A program made the position numbers and the translations under genes. From positions 1,280,001 to 1,344,000 of the forward strand of contig OY970393.1 in assembly GCA_963720465.1 (NCBI GenBank): a DNA stretch of 64,000 nt, given 5' to 3'. Of the stretch, positions 59,808-64,000 are shown piece by piece. Under the pieces are notes generated by a model, which searched no databases, was not told the DNA's origin, and worked only from the letters and a program-made list of their open reading frames with translations. How positions within the stretch are numbered: position 1 is the first letter of the stretch; the number at the start of each line of letters is the position of its first letter. Source of the DNA: Methanobacteriota archaeon (GTDB taxonomy: Archaea > Halobacteriota > Bog-38 > Methanoflorentales > Methanoflorentaceae).

Positions 59808-60064
59808 TCGGTCAAAGTCGCCGCGTCGAGGACTTAGAATACAGCATGCCGCGCGCTGATGCCCTTAGGGTCTTGGCAAAGGCTGCGATTTGACTGTAAT
59901 CGCTGGATGAGATCGGGCCAAATTCTGCTCAAATAATCAATCACAAAGCCCGTTGCAACTGCCTCGCTGACTGCCACAATCATGTTTAGTATCAAGATCT
60001 GGATCAGGTGGTGAGTAGTGCGATGCCCTATAACTCAGTTCCTTGTCTGCCTGAAACCAGCTGA

Positions 60065-60300
60065 AGATGCGAAAAACGACGTTGGCGAACAGCTCAAGTC
60101 GGCCTTTTTTCATTCTGAGGACGTAGAACACGAGCGCGATCTCGCTCAAGTTCTCGATCGTGTTCGCTCCGACTAAGCCCCCCCCTCCGTGACCGACGGC
60201 TAAGCTCAAAAGATAGATGAGGGTAACAAGCAATCCGATGCGCAGTCCGGCCAAGATGCCTATGAGCGGTGTGAGGTTCGTGTAAACGCCGGCGGAAGAT
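60065..60300 (-). pseudogene. CbiM/NikM-like ECF permease fragment
   Basis: NLTPLIGILAG..LVTLI..LAVGHGGGGLVGANTI.NLSE; no intact 5' or 3' end. Confidence 0.6.
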
Positions 60301-60427
60301 GAATGTGCTCCATTTTAGAGCTCGGCATATCTAACGAATTGCCGTTTGGTTATTACATGAGGCTTTCTGCCTTCGAAGATGCGCTGGGGCTCGGAGCACG
60401 TTATGAAGAAGAGTCGGTGATCATGGC

Positions 60428-62458
60428 TCAGTCAGTCTTTGTCAGATGGCAGGCTGTCGTGCTTTCTAAACCCATCGGTTCTACTTTCAAGGTCCTGAAT
60501 CGATGATAGGGCCACTCGTAGATGATGACCGGATTAGCGAGTACCTTTGCGTCTCTCCCAAAAAGCGATATCCGTGTGTAGGTACAGGTCTCATCCAAAG
60601 GATTATCGCCTACCGCCTCGTCAAAAAGGCGTTCCACGCGCCCTCGACATTGGGAAAGATTCCTCTTGTACCACTCCTTTGCAAGATGGAGCTGGTCAGC
60701 GGTTTTTTCGGATGTTGTGCCCCTCATTACAGTGTCCGCTGAGTGGAGGGCCAGTGTGTATTCAGCGCCGTATAATCCCGTAAGATTCCTGAGCGAACGC
60801 TTTGTAGCCGCCTCATCGTTTCCGGAAGATGGTGCGTTTGGCGTTTTATTTCCTGCAAAGACGGCGATAATAGCCACCGAAAAATCTTGTAGGCGGTTCA
60901 GATCTGTCAACAGTGAGCTTGCATCAAAAGTCGCTCTTGTTCGAACAGAATCTGTGAGTCTCCCGGCATTGGTCGATGTACACGGCAAACGATCGAGGAT
61001 TATCAGCATCGACCTATCCTCATTCGCGTTAACTTGATTTTGGGCCGTGTGTAGGGCACTTCTCACGCCTGCGATTGTCGTTCCGGCTTTTGCTTCGACA
61101 ACCGTCAGATAACGGGCTACCCCTCTGCTTAATCGTTCTCCTGCTTCAATTACCCGCTCCAATGTCGTTTCGTCTGCCTCAGAATCAAAGGCATTCTCGC
61201 GATACCGTGAAAGCTCTGTTCCTTCAATCCCGCTGTGCCGTGCAAGTGCGCGCTCTGCAAAGTGTTCTTTGCTTATGCCATAGCTTACGTATAGCGTAGG
61301 AAACCGACCTTGCGCAGCAAAGTCAGCACACCACGCGATGAAGTCCGTTGCCTCGGTATCGCACGATGCAGTCACCGCGTATAACTTGCCGGGCTTCCAG
61401 CCCCCACCAAAAGCGCTGTTTAGCCACTCTGAGGGGGTAGGTATGACATCAGCTCTCTTTGCAAAAAGATTCGTAACGAAGAGATCGAGATCTTCCTCAA
61501 AGGTACGCGTTTTATCGCTCGCTTCAAACAACAACGTGTTCGATTGAGCCCTAAGGGTTCTCAAGACGATTTCAAGCGGAAGAGTGCTCGAAGCGAGAGC
61601 CGTTTCGGCCATTTGAACGAGTTCTTGCCCTCTGAGCCGCGCCCCACGTGCGTTTGTGACCTTCAGGTACTTTATAAATGTGTCACGCTGGCACGATGCA
61701 CGGTTCCGTAGCCGCTGCACATATCGCGCTATCTCATTCATGTACGGGCGCATCTCAGGGTTTCGAGAGAGGAGGTTCAAGATCGCGCTGCATCGTATCT
61801 GTCGGTCGTGATAGGCGAGATAGTGACACGCGTGCCACAGTACGCGATTAAAAGGCAAACGAATTCCCCCAGTGGATGCGTACTCATCCGCGAATCCCTC
61901 CGAGCGGAGCCCTAGCCTCAGCCCTTGGGTGATACTGTTCGGATCGTTAAGCAGATACGTCATGATCTCTTCTTCCATTGAAGCTTCGTCCTCGCCACGT
62001 TCGTAGTTCGGTTCTCTGATTGGTCTCACTTGATAGTACTCGCAGGTCCAGCCCGTGCACGCCGGCCGCTCCCGCAGTCTCTTGCTCGACCAGATATCCT
62101 CGCAGTTCCAGCAGTACGCCCGGGGATTCTCTCGAGCCCGTGAAAGGCTTTCCACAAACTTCTGGGCGTCGCTTACCTGCCTTGTGCTCCCGAAGAAGAC
62201 CGAATTCCGCATCATCGTCTGCGCCATTTTTCTCCCTTGCACGTTGCTGAGCCCTTTTGTCACAATATATCGCACGAGAATGAAGTGCGCCGTGTCGCAC
62301 TCTATACCAGAAGGCACGCCGTGACGCAACAGCTCGACGATACACGGCGGATGTCGAATTCTTTTGCGAAAGGACTTCGGAAACTGGAGTTCCACATTTT
62401 GACTAGACACGATCGCAGCCTCACTTGCTAAACCGGGCATCGAACACGTATAGCTCAA
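60428..62458 (-). CDS. PriL-like Cys domain fused to a DnaB-like helicase with degenerate Walker A
   Basis: PPCI..YCWNC..C....C; DnaB-N-like EEEIMTYLL.DP..EGF..NRVLW; IPTP..WLN..FGGGWKPGKLY..ASCDTEAT..LYVSY, IILD. Confidence 0.6.
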   Translation of the reverse strand: MSYTCSMPGLASEAAIVSSQNVELQFPKSFRKRIRHPPCIVELLRHGVPSGIECDTAHFILVRYIVTKGLSNVQGRKMAQTMMRNSVFFGSTRQVSDAQKFVESLSRARENPRAYCWNCEDIWSSKRLRERPACTGWTCEYYQVRPIREPNYERGEDEASMEEEIMTYLLNDPNSITQGLRLGLRSEGFADEYASTGGIRLPFNRVLWHACHYLAYHDRQIRCSAILNLLSRNPEMRPYMNEIARYVQRLRNRASCQRDTFIKYLKVTNARGARLRGQELVQMAETALASSTLPLEIVLRTLRAQSNTLLFEASDKTRTFEEDLDLFVTNLFAKRADVIPTPSEWLNSAFGGGWKPGKLYAVTASCDTEATDFIAWCADFAAQGRFPTLYVSYGISKEHFAERALARHSGIEGTELSRYRENAFDSEADETTLERVIEAGERLSRGVARYLTVVEAKAGTTIAGVRSALHTAQNQVNANEDRSMLIILDRLPCTSTNAGRLTDSVRTRATFDASSLLTDLNRLQDFSVAIIAVFAGNKTPNAPSSGNDEAATKRSLRNLTGLYGAEYTLALHSADTVMRGTTSEKTADQLHLAKEWYKRNLSQCRGRVERLFDEAVGDNPLDETCTYTRISLFGRDAKVLANPVIIYEWPYHRFRTLKVEPMGLESTTACHLTKTD

Positions 62459-63123
62459 CTTCAGTCAAGGGCGAATCGCCGTGGCGATGGATACGCCACT
62501 GGTTCTTGATTATTGCGAAGTAGCCCGTATAAGTTACCTGTGCGTTAGGCGAAAGTGTATCGCTAGTGCCCGGCACGATCACAGAAGAGAGCGCGTACGG
62601 CCGGCGGAAACTTCCTTGCGTCACACGCTTCCGGCATATATTATCCGATTCTCTACGCTCCGAGATCCAAGGCGTGTTAGGCGCCCTAACCGACCTGACA
62701 GCTTATGATGCCCTGATACCGACACCGATTGACAAGGCGCGCGTGACGTCTCATCACCTCGCCGATGCCCAATTTCGCACGCACTCGAAGTGTTCGCCGC
62801 GGCGATCAAAGGCATTCTAGCGTCTACCAGCGAAGTACGACTTGATGAATTCACGCAAATCCCTATTGATCATATTTCGTTGATTACAATGATGATACTA
62901 TGTTGATTACAAAAATCACACAATAACTACTGACTTCTTGAGCGACGCGGCCGTCTCTTTGCTTTGCGCTACTCAGGGGGGATATCGGCCCTCAGTTGCC
63001 TGTTTTTTTGAACCGCCTCTATCATGCTTCCCTAAGCGAACAGCATATCGCGGACGAACTCACTCAAACGGCGAGCGATGAAACTGTTTAAATACGCCGA
63101 AACACCTAACACTACGTGGTCTA

Positions 63124-63919
63124 ATGCGCGAAGCCGACACCAGTCCAGTCCCGTACGGACGATACGAAAAAGACGAATCATTTTTCGGTCTGTCAGATCT
63201 AGCGAGCCTAGCCGCAATCATCTATCTCTTCTTCTTTCTCCTGGTGCTCGTGACATACAGCGCAAATCCTTCCGAGCCGGCCGGGTTCTACAAACTTTCC
63301 GTCCTCTTTCAGATCGTGTCGTTCTTCGGCATCTTCTTTGTTCCGGCCCTGCTGATCTACTTCGGCCTCGGTCTCACAAGGAGCCTTGCGCACACGGTAG
63401 TCGTCACTCGGGTACCCAATCCTTGCGCTTGGAGCAGCAACAACCCTTAACATACCAAATGCGCCACTTTTCGCAGCGCTGAGCGGACTTGTGCTCTTTG
63501 CGTACTATTTTCTGGTGGGACTCAACCGTTCGGCGATCGAGCAACGACGACCGACTCCACGTGCCCAGCGCGCCGTGCGTCAGAGTCCAGTTGTTCCACC
63601 CCCACCGCGGCCGCCTGCTCAACAAAGGCCGTCAGATCAGCGTCCAGTTGTTCCACCCCCGCCGCGGCCGCCTGCTCAACAAAGGCCGTCAGATCAGCGT
63701 GCTTCCCCTCAAATGCGGCAGATGTCAGAATACGCGCCACCGAGCCGTCCTTCGGATTTCAGACGAGAGGTCCGGCCACAATACGGATCCTCAGATAACT
63801 TTCGCTCTCGACTCGACCGATTTCTCGATCGGTACGACTACGTAGACGGCGAAGCCGTGCGAAAGGGTTCGCGACGCAGCATGAGGCACGAAAAGGATCG
63901 ACGGCGCGGCGGCCGATAG
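63124..63919 (+). pseudogene. Membrane protein with Pro/Arg-rich tail, frameshift near 63403
   Basis: Hydrophobic helices continue in the next frame: SLGYPILALGAATTLNIPNAPLFAALSGLVLFAYYFLVG. Confidence 0.6.
63585..63700 (+). repeat. Tandem duplication, 2 x 57 bp
   Basis: Units start 63585 and 63642 with one mismatch; encodes PVVPPPPRPPAQQRPSDQR twice. Confidence 0.95.
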
Positions 63920-64000
63920 GCGCTATTTTCGCGATTCTCAGCTATCGGGCTAGGAGGCAATCGCCGACATGATGACGCGATGGATGATCTCCATGACAGG

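Noticed and set aside
1-64000. CRISPR array, rRNA, transposase or integrase; genome-wide stop-codon recoding
   Set aside because: No repeat-spacer array or such genes seen; TAG and TGA both end many intact genes, and internal stops occur only in accessory genes.

Overview
Archaeal chromosomal DNA from an F420-using, methanogen-like lineage, probably Halobacteriota/Methanomicrobia (TBP, LonB, type II GAPDH, cofG/cofC, fdhB-mvhD, cimA, UPF0147, Trm11). The window has two halves. About 1-31.6 kb is an accessory redox/stress/signalling region (FdhB+MvhD, CysK, P3A H+-ATPase, GT4, GAPDH, nitroreductase, rubredoxin, MerA-like oxidoreductase, hemerythrin, Hsp20, hybrid histidine kinase) with many broken genes and eroded relics missed by the ORF track. 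About 32-59 kb is mostly intact housekeeping DNA (purC, cofG/C, ilvE, tRNA-Arg, M42 peptidase, cimA-ilvB-ilvN-ilvC, FTR-Trx-ccdA, pntAAB, lonB, tbp, trm11, metG), followed by a short accessory tail. Best candidate for a new system: cimA (citramalate synthase, first step of Ile synthesis) has no in-frame ATG/GTG/TTG before its catalytic DTTLRDGEQ motif. A near-leaderless 9-codon uORF ending TTT-ATT(Ile)-TAA overlaps it, and a +1 slip at the Ile codon would fuse the two, suggesting an isoleucine-sensing programmed frameshift. Also notable: pntAB lying directly upstream of an eroded NfnB/GltD-like gene tail, an fdhB-mvhD pair without fdhA, and a PriL-like/DnaB-like fusion with a degenerate Walker A. 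All calls are from motif recognition by eye; no searches were run.
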